Source: Candidatus Wukongarchaeum yapensis
Lineage (GTDB): Archaea > Asgardarchaeota > Wukongarchaeia > Wukongarchaeales > Wukongarchaeaceae
Direction of reading: 5' to 3'
NCBI GenBank assembly: GCA_016840425.1
Contig: JAEOSI010000145.1
Coordinates: 1 to 6,102 of the forward strand
DNA length: 6,102 nt
Below, piece by piece: positions 5,578-6,102 of the stretch (position 1 is the stretch's first letter; each line of letters begins with the position of its first letter). The translations under genes were made by a program, and so were the position numbers. The notes under the pieces are model-generated. The model was not told the origin of the DNA, ran no database searches, and was given only the letters and a program-made list of their open reading frames with translations.

Positions 5578-5751
5578 ATGAGAACTGCAACAGTGAAAAG
5601 ACCTTGGAAAACGGTGCAGCTTCCAGAAGACCTGATCAAAGAAGTAGACAAAATCGCAGCAACCCCAGGATTAGGCTACACGTCCAGAAGCGAATTCATC
5701 AAAGAAGCCATACGCCTAAGAATCCAAGAGATCGAAAAAGCAAAAAAGTAG
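5578..5751 (+). CDS. Ribbon-helix-helix (CopG/NikR-like) DNA-binding protein, 57 aa
   Basis: Not in the ORF track. MRTATVKRPWKTVQLPEDLIKEVDKIAATPGLGYTSRSEFIKEAIRLRIQEIEKAKK: beta-strand KTVQLP, helix EDLIKEVDKIA, and the GY.SRSEFI.EAIR helix typical of archaeal RHH proteins. Confidence 0.9.
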   Translation: MRTATVKRPWKTVQLPEDLIKEVDKIAATPGLGYTSRSEFIKEAIRLRIQEIEKAKK

Positions 5752-5854
5752 CGAAATACCCTTTAGAGCTAACATCTTCGATTTTTGGGCCTTTAATATA
5801 TTTTGGGTTCTCTTCTATTTGTATTCTATAAATTCTACGAATCCTTTAAGCGGT

Positions 5855-6102
5855 TTAAGCTTCGCTCTTTTTCTCTTTCTTAGCTTCGCGGTAGATGGAG
5901 TCAATTACCATTTTCTCGTTGCATTTTGGGCATGTTTCACTATCTTGGAGAATGTAGTCGCCGCGCTGAAATTCTCGGACATTTTTGAAGCCACATTTTT
6001 GACATAGAACTTCGGTAAGTACTTTCTGAGGTTTTAAGATCAGCTGTGGAGCTGCCTTTCGCGCCTGAAACAACAAGGAGAAACCGTAAGTTGAAACAAC
6101 CA
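5855..6102 (-). CDS. Conserved-looking archaeal hypothetical protein with CxxC...CxxC zinc-binding C-terminus; 5'-partial
   Basis: The frame stays open from the track's TTG 6076 to the right edge (..VVSTYGFSLLFQARK...), ending EVLCQKCGFKNVREFQRGDYILQDSETCPKCNEKMVIDSIYREAKKEKKSEA*. The hydrophobic stretch at the edge suggests an N-terminal membrane anchor. Confidence 0.8.
   Translation of the reverse strand, partial: VVSTYGFSLLFQARKAAPQLILKPQKVLTEVLCQKCGFKNVREFQRGDYILQDSETCPKCNEKMVIDSIYREAKKEKKSEA

Noticed and set aside
5700-5845. Start-less minus-strand open stretch (RIYRIQIEENPKYIKGPKIEDVSSKG...) after the Cys4 gene
   Set aside because: No start codon, preceded by two stops, and partly antisense to the RHH gene; no recognisable motif.
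5571-6007. ORFs 5571-5831 and 5819-6007
   Set aside because: The first overlaps the convincing RHH frame (5578-5751); the second is antisense to the Cys4 gene.
1-6102. CRISPR array, tRNA/rRNA, transposase or integrase
   Set aside because: No regularly spaced direct repeats, cloverleaf or rRNA signatures, or DDE/tyrosine-recombinase motifs seen by eye; tRNAscan and Rfam were not run.

Overview
Archaeal-looking window (type II methionine aminopeptidase, TATA/BRE promoters, TTG/GTG starts with GGTG/GAGAG ribosome-binding sites; Bathyarchaeia/TACK-like by impression only). The left part (1-2460) is AT-rich and carries a minus-strand two-gene unit: a PlsY-fold membrane protein whose catalytic motifs are altered, overlapping by 19 nt a large PEP-synthase/rifampicin-phosphotransferase-like gene that runs off the left edge and is missing from the ORF track. 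The middle (2500-3700) holds two divergent accessory genes, a 4-TM zinc-ribbon membrane protein and a divergent Sm/LSm-fold-like protein, each bracketed by its own inverted repeat. The right part carries a flavin reductase family gene, an unlisted 42-aa four-cysteine microprotein, map, an unlisted 57-aa ribbon-helix-helix protein, and the 3' part of a convergent CxxC..CxxC protein. No rRNA, tRNA, CRISPR array or transposase was seen.
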